Source of the DNA: Candidatus Omnitrophota bacterium
Lineage (GTDB): Bacteria; Omnitrophota; Gorgyraeia; Gorgyraeales; Gorgyraeaceae
Assembly (NCBI GenBank): GCA_043814965.1
Contig: JBDRJN010000005.1
Coordinates: 4,858 to 68,857 of the forward strand
Reading direction: 5' to 3'
DNA length: 64,000 nucleotides
Part shown: piece after piece, positions 41,357-49,819 of the stretch
Layout of the letters: each line of letters opens with the position of its first letter
How positions within the stretch are numbered: the stretch's first letter is position 1
Position numbers and translations under genes: made by a program
Notes under the pieces: model-generated
What the model was told of the DNA's origin: nothing
What the model saw: only the letters and a program-made list of their open reading frames with translations
Databases searched by the model: none

Positions 41357-42783
41357 ACTATGCTCCTTTTGTAAGTTTTCCCCATTATAACTTTATAAAC
41401 GATACCTCTTGCTGATTTAAAAACATTCTTTATAAAACTAGGCAACATTCCATATATAAAAACAGACGCATGTTTTATCTTTTTTATTATATATGCCTTT
41501 GTAAAATTTCCTTTACTATAAACCTCCAGGTCAAATCTAAAAAATAGGTCTTTGATATCCTTTTTTGAAAGATTTGGAAGTTTTAAAATAGAATCTCCGT
41601 CTCCTATATAGCTAAATAGATGTCTTCCATCTTTTACATACCCCTTTTCTTCGCATAATTCTCCCAGCGGTGTTCCTGCGTATGGATAGAATATAGATAC
41701 CTGGACATAGGTCGGTTTGATCTTTTTATTAAGGTCTATGGTCTTTCTTATGCTGCTTTTATCCTCTCCCGGAAACCCTATCATGTTAAAAGACATTGTT
41801 TCAATGCCTTCTCTTTTTGCACAATCAAATGCCTTTAAAATTTGCTCATCTTTTATATTTCTCCCAAGAACCGTTCTTCTTAGGTTTTCATCCCCGGACT
41901 CGATCCCTATATTGATTTTCCGGCAGCCAGATTCTTTAAGCAATTTAGCACTTTTCTCATCAAGTAATTCAGGTCGCGTATTACAAACATAAGGGATATG
42001 TACCTTATTTTTGTACTCCAGGCAGAATTCTTCAAACCAACTTTTGTTTTTATTAAAACAATCATCATCAAAACTCAGCATGTTAGGTTTATATCTCTCA
42101 ACAAATATCTGTATCTCTTCTATAGCTTTTGATACACTTCTATGCCGTATCTTACTGCCTTTGTCCTTAAATATATTGTGAAATGCAGAATTACAACAAT
42201 AGCTGCATGAATAAGGACAACCTCTCGAAAATGTAAAATTAGCATAATCGATAAACACCTTATCTGGGAATATGCCTCTATCGGGAAAAGGTAATTTATC
42301 CAGATCTTCTATTAACATACTGACTTTATTCTTTATAATATTCCCATTGTTGTTAAAATAAAAATTTGATGTATTTTTAAAATCCAGGCCCTGGGAGATA
42401 TTATTTACGACATCCAAAAAATCATATTCTCCTTCTCCTATACAAAAACCATCTATATCCTTGCTTTCTTTGATAGACAAAGGGCAAACTATAGCATGCG
42501 TGCCGCCTACAAATATAGATATATTTTTTAATCTAGGGGAAGACTTTATTTTTCCTGATATCTCTTTTACATACTGCCAATAGTTTGATTTACATGAAAA
42601 TCCTATTATATCCGTATTAAAATCAGCGATCTTTCTTGTTATATCATCTGCTTTAGTATTATTGTTTACTATGGCTAATCTTACTAAATGGCCAGCTTGT
42701 TTCAAAACTGCTGCAACTGATGCCAATCCATAATTAAAACTAGCTGCATTTTCCTGGCACGGATAGATAAAAAAGATATTCAT
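41353..42783 (-). CDS. Cobalamin-binding (class B) radical SAM enzyme
   Basis: B12-binding 'MNIFFIYPCQENAASFNYGLASVAAVLKQAGHLVRLAIV' and the radical SAM motif 'FSRGCPYSCSYCCN'. Confidence 0.8.
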   Translation of the reverse strand: MNIFFIYPCQENAASFNYGLASVAAVLKQAGHLVRLAIVNNNTKADDITRKIADFNTDIIGFSCKSNYWQYVKEISGKIKSSPRLKNISIFVGGTHAIVCPLSIKESKDIDGFCIGEGEYDFLDVVNNISQGLDFKNTSNFYFNNNGNIIKNKVSMLIEDLDKLPFPDRGIFPDKVFIDYANFTFSRGCPYSCSYCCNSAFHNIFKDKGSKIRHRSVSKAIEEIQIFVERYKPNMLSFDDDCFNKNKSWFEEFCLEYKNKVHIPYVCNTRPELLDEKSAKLLKESGCRKINIGIESGDENLRRTVLGRNIKDEQILKAFDCAKREGIETMSFNMIGFPGEDKSSIRKTIDLNKKIKPTYVQVSIFYPYAGTPLGELCEEKGYVKDGRHLFSYIGDGDSILKLPNLSKKDIKDLFFRFDLEVYSKGNFTKAYIIKKIKHASVFIYGMLPSFIKNVFKSARGIVYKVIMGKTYKRSIV

Positions 42784-42797
42784 AATATAGAAAATTT

Positions 42798-45653
42798 TTA
42801 ATCCAAAGCTGCTATAATACCCACTCCGATAGCGATACGAGAGATCATCTCTACCATGTCCTTAAAAATATCATACGCAGGCCTTGTATATACGAATCTC
42901 TGAGGAATGACTATTGTATCACCTCTACCAACTGCCTTGGACATCATGAACTTACTGACTGCCTCGCCGTTAGCGCGAAGTACATATACGCCGGCTTTAT
43001 CAGCATGCCTTGTCAAGCCGCCTGTCTTTTTAATATAATATTCTATTCCTTTGCCTTGTTCAAAAGGTATTGACGTAGGATTATTGACGCTTCCCATCAC
43101 AGAAACAGCCGACGGTGTCTGGGGGATCTTTAGATTATCACCGTCTTCAAGCAAAATATCATATTTACTGTTCTTTAATTTTGAACCTGGTAAAAGTGTT
43201 ATAACCATGCGGCCTGTTATCTCAACCGAACTTATAAAATCCAGCATCTGCCTTCTTGTATCCAAAGACGATGTAGTAGCGCTGCTAGCCACTATCCCAG
43301 TAGTAGACCCTCTCAACAATATTGCCTGCTGCTCTTCCAGGAGAGACCTGTTTTCTTTTTCAAGAAACTTGTCCCGCATCTTTTCCTGTAATTCTTTTAT
43401 AGAAGTTCTAGTAAAAAATGCCCCATCTAGGAAAGCATCCTCTGTAAAGCCTCCTGCCCGCTCTATAAGAGAGCTTAATCTCTCGCCTCTTCTTATAGAA
43501 TAATTCCCAGGATATCTTATCTCTCCCTCTATAGCAATTACTTTTCTTTCAGTAAGTTTCGGCTCTGACTTAACAAAAAGCGTATCTCCAGGCCTAAGAT
43601 TGATATCTTTGTCTATAGATATATTGCCCTTCGAAAGATATTTTATAGAAATATTCCTTATAACAGGCTGATCTCCTGGGATTATATGGAACAGTTCCCC
43701 TCCTCTTATGACCTCGTCTTGTTTCACGCCCCCACCTCTAAAAACAAGATCTGATATCTTCATGTCCGGAGTAAACATATATTCTCCAGGCCTATTGACT
43801 GCTCCTTCTATCTTTACAAATAAAGGCGGCTGGACTTGCGATTCAGAATATACTATCAGGATATCCCACTCTTTTAAGTAAATATCCTCTTCTTCTTTAC
43901 CTAGCTCCAAAGCCTCCAAGTTCACTGGTATGATCTGGCGATGCCTGTCTTTTGTGACCCTTGATAGCTCTGCTCGATAAAGATGAGTAGCTGGCAGGAA
44001 ACCTTTTGCTGTCTTTATCAAATCGCTCACTTTCATATCTCTTGCCAGGGCATAGTCCCCTGGCCTCTCAACATTTCCTAAGATCGAGACAAAATTATGT
44101 TTTAATCTTACTATAGGAGAAATGATGACCATATCCCCGCTCTTTAATCTAGTATTTTTCATTGAAAGAGATATATCATCTGTTTTCTTGGTCTCGACAT
44201 CAAACATTGTACGTATCTCATTACCCTCCACGCGTTCTATCTGCAGTCTCTGTAGATCTCCTGTGGGAGTGACACCTCCTGAAAAAGCCAATAGATCAGA
44301 TAAAGTTGCTTCATCCTTTACTTCATATATCGCGGGACGCTTCACGTTCCCGGAGATAGCGACTACATCTCCTATCGTAGGGACAAATACAGTATCCCCT
44401 GATCGGATCTTTGCATAACCAACATCCTTGCCTTCCAAGAGAAATGGATAAAGATCCACTACTTCCTCTTTTCCGTCTCCATGTATAAGCTTGATCTTTC
44501 TCAATGAACCCGTCTTGATAGGCCCCCCGGCTTCATATAATGCTTGAAAAACAGTTGACTGCGAATTGATACTATATGAACCTGGCTTTCTTACCTCACC
44601 CATCACAAATATCTGTATGTCGCGTATCTTACCCATCGAGACATCAACATTGAAATTCGTATAGAACTGATTCAATCTTTCTTTGATCCTATCTTCAGCT
44701 TCTTCAAATCTTAATCCCCACAAATAAAGCGGCCCTGATTTTGGGAGCATGATCTTGCCCTCTCTATCTACTGTCACAGGAAAACTATTTTGTACGCTCC
44801 CCCAAATATTAACGACCAAGGTATCTCCGGGGCCTATGATATAGTCAGGCCCTATAGGCACAACTGACTGCTGCCCGCCTATGTCAGATTGGCTGGAAAA
44901 TACTGAAGATGTAGAGCTGCTACTGCCGCCGATCACAGCCTTTAGCATACCAAGAGCGCTAAAGGCATCGATTTTTTCTTTGTCTGCAGGAACTCCTTCA
45001 TTTTCGATAGGTTTCTCTGGCCTGGAAAATAAATTATAACCAAATTGCTCCAAGTCCCTGGAAGCTCCAAAAGGAATAGTTTTCAAAAAACTCGCTTCTA
45101 TGCTGGACAACTCATCGCCTAATAATCCTCGTAAAAGTTTTCTTGATTCTAACACATCTCCTTCCGGGAAAAAAGTATACCCATCATATGGACATTTTAT
45201 TTTTTGCCTGATCTTGTATTCTTTGGCCTCGAAAGACGCTTCTCCTGAAAAAGAGATATCTTTATCGCTAGGCCGATTAGAAATAGGCTTATTGTCAGTT
45301 CCAAATATATTAAGTAGACCACCCTTACCTATACCTATATTTTTTTCAGCTATTACGTTAGGAGAAGCACCGGCACCTCCTGAGCCTTCTTCTTTGGGGA
45401 TCTCATAATTAACCCAGTGAGAATGAGGAGTCTCTCCCCCTGGTATATAATAAAACTCCATATTGCATCGCGGACAACGAACTGATCTATATGTTTCTGC
45501 TTTTTGAGCAGGGTCTGTTATCTCCAAGGCCTCATCCTGCCATGCCCCTTTACCACTTTTGACTTCCTCAGAAAATAAAGGCCCTGGGAAAATCGTTGTC
45601 AATAAGAACGCTGCGCACAATAACACATTGAAATTAATTAACTTCCTGAACAT
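42798..45653 (-). CDS. Outer-membrane polysaccharide export protein (OPX; Wza/KpsD family) with multiple SLBB domains and a long N-terminal extension
   Basis: Signal peptide 'LLCAAFLLTTIFPGPLFS', Poly_export motif 'IIGPGDTLVVNIWGS...REGKIMLP' and repeated SLBB-like blocks ('GNVERPGDYAL', 'GAVNRPGEYMF', 'GEIRYPGNYSI', 'GSVNNPTSIPF'). 951 aa. Confidence 0.75.
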   Translation of the reverse strand: MFRKLINFNVLLCAAFLLTTIFPGPLFSEEVKSGKGAWQDEALEITDPAQKAETYRSVRCPRCNMEFYYIPGGETPHSHWVNYEIPKEEGSGGAGASPNVIAEKNIGIGKGGLLNIFGTDNKPISNRPSDKDISFSGEASFEAKEYKIRQKIKCPYDGYTFFPEGDVLESRKLLRGLLGDELSSIEASFLKTIPFGASRDLEQFGYNLFSRPEKPIENEGVPADKEKIDAFSALGMLKAVIGGSSSSTSSVFSSQSDIGGQQSVVPIGPDYIIGPGDTLVVNIWGSVQNSFPVTVDREGKIMLPKSGPLYLWGLRFEEAEDRIKERLNQFYTNFNVDVSMGKIRDIQIFVMGEVRKPGSYSINSQSTVFQALYEAGGPIKTGSLRKIKLIHGDGKEEVVDLYPFLLEGKDVGYAKIRSGDTVFVPTIGDVVAISGNVKRPAIYEVKDEATLSDLLAFSGGVTPTGDLQRLQIERVEGNEIRTMFDVETKKTDDISLSMKNTRLKSGDMVIISPIVRLKHNFVSILGNVERPGDYALARDMKVSDLIKTAKGFLPATHLYRAELSRVTKDRHRQIIPVNLEALELGKEEEDIYLKEWDILIVYSESQVQPPLFVKIEGAVNRPGEYMFTPDMKISDLVFRGGGVKQDEVIRGGELFHIIPGDQPVIRNISIKYLSKGNISIDKDINLRPGDTLFVKSEPKLTERKVIAIEGEIRYPGNYSIRRGERLSSLIERAGGFTEDAFLDGAFFTRTSIKELQEKMRDKFLEKENRSLLEEQQAILLRGSTTGIVASSATTSSLDTRRQMLDFISSVEITGRMVITLLPGSKLKNSKYDILLEDGDNLKIPQTPSAVSVMGSVNNPTSIPFEQGKGIEYYIKKTGGLTRHADKAGVYVLRANGEAVSKFMMSKAVGRGDTIVIPQRFVYTRPAYDIFKDMVEMISRIAIGVGIIAALD

Positions 45654-47317
45654 TAAAACCTCCTTTTTATCTCTATGCCTAATATATGATTTTTTCTCTT
45701 TGATGTTGTATTGTCATAGTTCTTGATATTTTCCAGGTCATAAAATATATTCATCTCCGCATCATCTATATTATACATCTTTAAAACATTTATTATACCA
45801 AAATTTATCTCTACCTCATCTATTATTTCAACATTAGCATTGCTTAGGCCTCGGCGTTTATGAGCCAGCGTAGAGCTTAGCCTATATTCATTGGGAAAAT
45901 TAAATATACCAGTGACAGCTACCTCTTCAGAATCCCCTCCAAGGCCATGGCCTATAAAATTGCCTCTATGAGTATAACCTGATCTGTATTTAAAATGCGT
46001 GTACCAGATCTTGTTAAACTTGGCAAATTCTATCTTTCCATCAAAACCCGGGATATTAAAAACATCTGTAAGATACATCCCTGTGATGTAAGCTAGGTCT
46101 ATAGGTGTATTACCCGCCTCATCTTCTCCGCCCCATTCTGTATAAAGCTTGGCGCCTGTAGCTATAGGGATAAATCTATCTATACGCCTTAAAAATAACT
46201 GGACGTCCCCTGAGATTATATGGTTCTCAGTCTCGCTCCCTCCTCCTGCAGCGCTAAATACTAAGGATGTGGCGCTCCAAAAATTGGCAAACCCTAATTT
46301 TTTTACTCCTTTTCCGCCAAACATCAAGATATGCCCAAATCCGAACTTTAAAAAATCACATGGAGTATAATCCAGCCTCCAACCCGAGACATATACATGA
46401 GGGACTGAACGTTTTTCCTCGAGCTTTGAGGTAAATACCTGGCCATTAAACCTGCCTATTTTTCTCAATATCCAGGGCAATCTGAAAGGCCGTACATTAT
46501 TGAACCTGGCCATATCCATAGGAAAGGCATTGTCTGTCATTAAAAGTGAGCCGTGAAAACCAGGCCCCCACCACATGGAGTTCCGGCCTGCTGCTAATTC
46601 CACATTGACTTTAGGATGGGAAAATCTTATATGAGCATCCTCAAGGTCTACGTCGGTATCATTTTCAGAATATCTGACACCAGGAGTAAGCGAGGCTGCA
46701 AAAAAATTAGCTATCTTTGCCCATGTAGTCAGCTTTGCCCTCAGATTAAAACCTTCTTTCAGCTTCCAGCCTTCTTTATTTTCAAAGAACACTTCTTTAA
46801 GGTCAGTCGTGACATAGGCCTTTTCAACTTTTAATCCCGGCTTGCCGAAAAGATATCTTTTTGAGCCCGAATCGCTGATAGATACCAGGTCGACCCCTAT
46901 AGTAACTAGCTCTTCCCTGAATTCATCTACTAATCCATACAAGATAGATTCTAGATAGTCCTGCTCTCCCAGCTCAAAACTCATTTCGTAATCACTGGCC
47001 TTCTCGAGAGCGCTCTTTATCATATATGCCATCTTTATGCGAGAAACAGGCCTAAAACCAATATCCGCGATATCAGCTAGGTTGAGTATCGCCAGCTTCT
47101 CAATGGCATCATAGCTCCAGTGCCTTACAGGGACATCTACCGAAGGATTTGCATAGCATTCGCTAACTGTAAAAAACAATATTAAGCATAATATTGTTCG
47201 AGCGAAGGCAAAATAGCCTCTATATAAGCTTGAAGAATATTTTGCCTGAGTCGAGAACGCTACCATTCTTTTTTCCATTCTCCTCTTATAAGTTTTTCTT
47301 TCTTTTCCCTGTTCCAA
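45653..47317 (-). CDS. Outer-membrane beta-barrel protein, Wzi-like (capsule assembly/anchoring)
   Basis: A signal peptide lies after the internal Met ('MVAFS...LILFFTVSECYA'), suggesting the true start is near 47266. 'VPVRHWSYDAIEKLAILNL' resembles the Wzi N-terminus. Alternating hydrophobic beta-strand patterns are present and the C-terminus ends in Phe ('KRRF'). Confidence 0.45.
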   Translation of the reverse strand: MEQGKERKTYKRRMEKRMVAFSTQAKYSSSLYRGYFAFARTILCLILFFTVSECYANPSVDVPVRHWSYDAIEKLAILNLADIADIGFRPVSRIKMAYMIKSALEKASDYEMSFELGEQDYLESILYGLVDEFREELVTIGVDLVSISDSGSKRYLFGKPGLKVEKAYVTTDLKEVFFENKEGWKLKEGFNLRAKLTTWAKIANFFAASLTPGVRYSENDTDVDLEDAHIRFSHPKVNVELAAGRNSMWWGPGFHGSLLMTDNAFPMDMARFNNVRPFRLPWILRKIGRFNGQVFTSKLEEKRSVPHVYVSGWRLDYTPCDFLKFGFGHILMFGGKGVKKLGFANFWSATSLVFSAAGGGSETENHIISGDVQLFLRRIDRFIPIATGAKLYTEWGGEDEAGNTPIDLAYITGMYLTDVFNIPGFDGKIEFAKFNKIWYTHFKYRSGYTHRGNFIGHGLGGDSEEVAVTGIFNFPNEYRLSSTLAHKRRGLSNANVEIIDEVEINFGIINVLKMYNIDDAEMNIFYDLENIKNYDNTTSKRKNHILGIEIKRRF

Positions 47318-47532
47318 TCTTTGATCTGTCTTTCTCTATTCCTCGCCTCTTCTATGTTTTCATGTTCTTCAATATAAACTATCTTTTTAACACCATGTAT
47401 AGAAGTATATTTGCTTCCTAACCCTGATATGTGTTGATCATATCTCAGATCAGGCTTCCATGTCATGCCTGTATAATATGTTTCATCTTTGCATTCAAGA
47501 ATATACACATACCATTTCCATGCTTCTTTCAT
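47260..47532 (-). CDS. Small GIY-YIG nuclease-superfamily protein (UPF0213/YhbQ-like)
   Basis: 'WYVYILECKDETYYTGMTWKPDLRYDQHISG' is a GIY-YIG core with catalytic Arg and Glu. The ORF is 90 aa, flanked by GC-rich repeat copies. Confidence 0.7.
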   Translation of the reverse strand: MKEAWKWYVYILECKDETYYTGMTWKPDLRYDQHISGLGSKYTSIHGVKKIVYIEEHENIEEARNRERQIKDWNREKKEKLIRGEWKKEW

Positions 47533-47545
47533 AAGCCCATTTTTA

Positions 47546-47592
47546 TCTTCTCGACTTCGTCCGCCTACGGCGAACTTCGCTCGAAGAATATT
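47546..47592. repeat. GC-rich about 48-nt intergenic repeat, copy 1 (imperfect inverted-repeat element 'TTCTCGACTTCGTCCGC-N5-GGCGAACTTCGCTCGAAGAATAT')
   Basis: Near-identical copies occur at 47639-47675 and 48667-48716. It forms a GC-rich island in AT-rich DNA and lies directly upstream of the GIY-YIG ORF start. Confidence 0.7.
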
Positions 47593-47638
47593 AAAAAGTT
47601 CTAAACCATTTTATCATCTCACTTAGCCCTTGCTCTAA

Positions 47639-47675
47639 TTTCACCTTCGGCGGACTTCGCTCGAAGAATATTCAG
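47639..47675. repeat. GC-rich repeat, copy 2 (right half only: 'CGGCGGACTTCGCTCGAAGAATATTCA')
   Basis: It matches the right arm of copies 1 and 3. It ends exactly at the TGA stop of the UDP-xylose synthase gene (47672-47674). Confidence 0.65.
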
Positions 47676-48610
47676 GAGGCCCTGAACCAAGTTATTGTCT
47701 CTTTTAATCCTTCTTCTAGCTTGACTCTAGGCCCCCAACCTAAAAGTTTTTTTGCTTTCGATATATCAGGCTGCCTTACTTTTGGGTCATCCTCAGGGAG
47801 TTCCTTATAAGCTATGTTACTCTTACTGCCTGTAAGCCTTAAGATCACTCTTACTAGGTCTATCAGCTTCATCTCATCAGGATTGCCTAGATTTACAGGT
47901 TCATTATGATCTACCTGCGTCAACTTATAAATGCCTTCTATAAGGTCAGTCACATAACAAAAGCTTCTCGTCTGCTTTCCATTTCCATATACTGTAATAG
48001 GCTCATTTTTCAATGCTTGAGTTATAAAATTAGGTATGGCCCTGCCATCATTTTTTCTCATCCTGGGGCCAAAAGTATTGAAAATACGCACTATCCTTGT
48101 ATCAACATCGTGAACTTTGTTATAAGCCATTGTTACTGCTTCTGCAAAACGCTTTGCCTCATCATATACTCCTCTTGGGCCTATACAATTGACATGGCCA
48201 TAATAAGTCTCAGGTTGCGGGTGTACCTTGGGGTCTCCGTAGACCTCAGAAGTTGAGGCAAGCAGGAATTTCGCTTTTTTTGCCTTGGCAACACCTAATG
48301 CGTTATGAGTCCCGAGAGATCCTACTTTTAAAGTCTGTATAGGATATTGTAAATAATCTATAGGAGATGCTGGAGAGGCAAAATGCAAGATAAGGCTTAT
48401 ATCCCCGTCTATATCTATATATTTTGAGACATCGTGTTTTATAAATCTAAAATTTGGATATTTTTCAAGATGCTCTATATTGGAAAGCGAGCCTGTTATA
48501 AGGTTATCCATACAGATCACCTTATAATCTTTCTCAATAAATTTTTCGCATAGGTATGAGCCTAAAAAACCAGCTCCGCCAGTGATCAGTACTTTTTTCA
48601 TGTAAACCAT
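47672..48610 (-). CDS. UDP-glucuronate decarboxylase (UDP-xylose synthase; UXS/ArnA-C-like SDR)
   Basis: '[20 protein letters not shown]', '[33 protein letters not shown]', '[12 protein letters not shown]' and '[11 protein letters not shown]'. Confidence 0.75.
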   Translation of the reverse strand: MVYMKKVLITGGAGFLGSYLCEKFIEKDYKVICMDNLITGSLSNIEHLEKYPNFRFIKHDVSKYIDIDGDISLILHFASPASPIDYLQYPIQTLKVGSLGTHNALGVAKAKKAKFLLASTSEVYGDPKVHPQPETYYGHVNCIGPRGVYDEAKRFAEAVTMAYNKVHDVDTRIVRIFNTFGPRMRKNDGRAIPNFITQALKNEPITVYGNGKQTRSFCYVTDLIEGIYKLTQVDHNEPVNLGNPDEMKLIDLVRVILRLTGSKSNIAYKELPEDDPKVRQPDISKAKKLLGWGPRVKLEEGLKETITWFRAS

Positions 48611-48613
48611 CCC

Positions 48614-48651
48614 AACCTCGTAGGTGACCCTTAAGGGTCACCTACGAGGTT
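48614..48651. repeat. Perfect 38-nt palindrome 'AACCTCGTAGGTGACCC-TTAA-GGGTCACCTACGAGGTT'
   Basis: A 17-bp perfect stem with a 4-nt TTAA centre. It lies between the gmd stop and the UXS start. No adjacent U-run is present on either strand, so it is not a canonical intrinsic terminator. It belongs to the same sequence family as 58800-58841. Confidence 0.75.
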
Positions 48652-48666
48652 TGTATTTCAATATTA

Positions 48667-48716
48667 CGCTTCTCGACTTCGTCCGCTTGCAGCGGACTTC
48701 GCTCGAAGAATATCAG
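48667..48716. repeat. GC-rich repeat, copy 3 ('CGCTTCTCGACTTCGTCCGC-TTGCA-GCGGACTTCGCTCGAAGAATATCA')
   Basis: A full-length copy with a 6-bp perfect inner stem GTCCGC/GCGGAC. It ends exactly at the TGA stop of gmd (48713-48715). Confidence 0.7.
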
Positions 48717-49690
48717 TCTATATTTAACCTCCTAATATCCTCATCCACCATCATCTTTACAAGTTCTTCAAAATTCACTTTAGGCTGCCATTTAAGGACC
48801 TTTTTAGCCTTTGAATAATCACCTTTCAGCTGATGGACCTCCGCAGGCCTGAATAGATTCTTGTCATTTTTAACATATTTTTTCCAGTCAAGGCCTACAT
48901 AGCCAAAAGCAACCTCAACAAATTTCCTTACCGTGTGTGTCTCGCCTGTAGCGATCACATAATCATCCGGCTTATCCTGCTGAAGCATAAGAAACATCGC
49001 TTCGCAGTAATCTTTTGCAAAGCCCCAATCTCTTTTAGCGTCCAGATTTCCAAGCTTGAGGTCTTTGGCAACGCCTAATTTGATCTTAGCTACCGTGCTA
49101 GTAATCTTTCTGGTAACAAATTCATAGCCTCTCATAGGAGATTCGTGGTTAAAAAGAATGCCGTTACAGGCAAAGATATTATATGCCTCGCGATAGTTAC
49201 GCGTGAGTTCAAATCCCGCGACTTTTGAGATGCCATACGGAGAACGCGGATAAAATGGCGTCTTCTCGGTCTGCGGCACCTCTCTTACATGACCGAATAC
49301 CTCACTAGAACAAGCAAAGTAAAATTTGCACTTAGGGGCTTTTTCTTTTATCGACGACAGCATAAAATGCGTGCCGTTGATATTGGTGCTTATCGTCGAG
49401 AATTCATCCTCGAATGAATAGCTTACAAAACTCTGCGCTGCCAGGTGATAGCACTCATCAGGCTTGATCTGCTCCACTATTTTAAATAGGCTCGCGTAGC
49501 TTTCCATAGAGCCTGAATGCAGGATCACTTTATCCAATATGTCTTTCAGCCTCCAGAGCCTGTGATCAGGGTCCTCCAGCGCAACGCGCCTCACTATGCC
49601 ATGGACCTCGTAGCCCTTATCTAAAAGCAATCTCGATAGATACGCTCCGTCCTGGCCTGTGATACCTGTGATCAATGCCTTCTTTTTCAT
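48713..49690 (-). CDS. gmd: GDP-mannose 4,6-dehydratase
   Basis: 'KKALITGITGQDGAYLSRLLLDKGYEVHGIVRR', 'YHLAAQSFVSYSFE', 'FYFACSSEVFG' and 'YGISKV'. Confidence 0.85.
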   Translation of the reverse strand: MKKKALITGITGQDGAYLSRLLLDKGYEVHGIVRRVALEDPDHRLWRLKDILDKVILHSGSMESYASLFKIVEQIKPDECYHLAAQSFVSYSFEDEFSTISTNINGTHFMLSSIKEKAPKCKFYFACSSEVFGHVREVPQTEKTPFYPRSPYGISKVAGFELTRNYREAYNIFACNGILFNHESPMRGYEFVTRKITSTVAKIKLGVAKDLKLGNLDAKRDWGFAKDYCEAMFLMLQQDKPDDYVIATGETHTVRKFVEVAFGYVGLDWKKYVKNDKNLFRPAEVHQLKGDYSKAKKVLKWQPKVNFEELVKMMVDEDIRRLNID

Positions 49691-49819
49691 AATACCTCCA
49701 ATATAGAATCAAATATAAAAAATTAAATATCAAAATTACATATAAAAATGTAAAAATTTAAAATCCTATGATAAAATCTTTGTTTTTAATCTTTGATTTG
49801 TATTTTTCATTTTTGCTTT
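49691..49819 (-). promoter_or_regulatory. AT-rich (>85% A+T) 129-nt intergenic region upstream of gmd; candidate internal promoter or UP-element region
   Basis: It is the largest clean intergenic gap in the locus. It contains repeated 'TTTAATTTTTAATTTT' and 'TAAAAAT' tracts. No explicit -35/-10 pair could be assigned with confidence. Confidence 0.3.
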
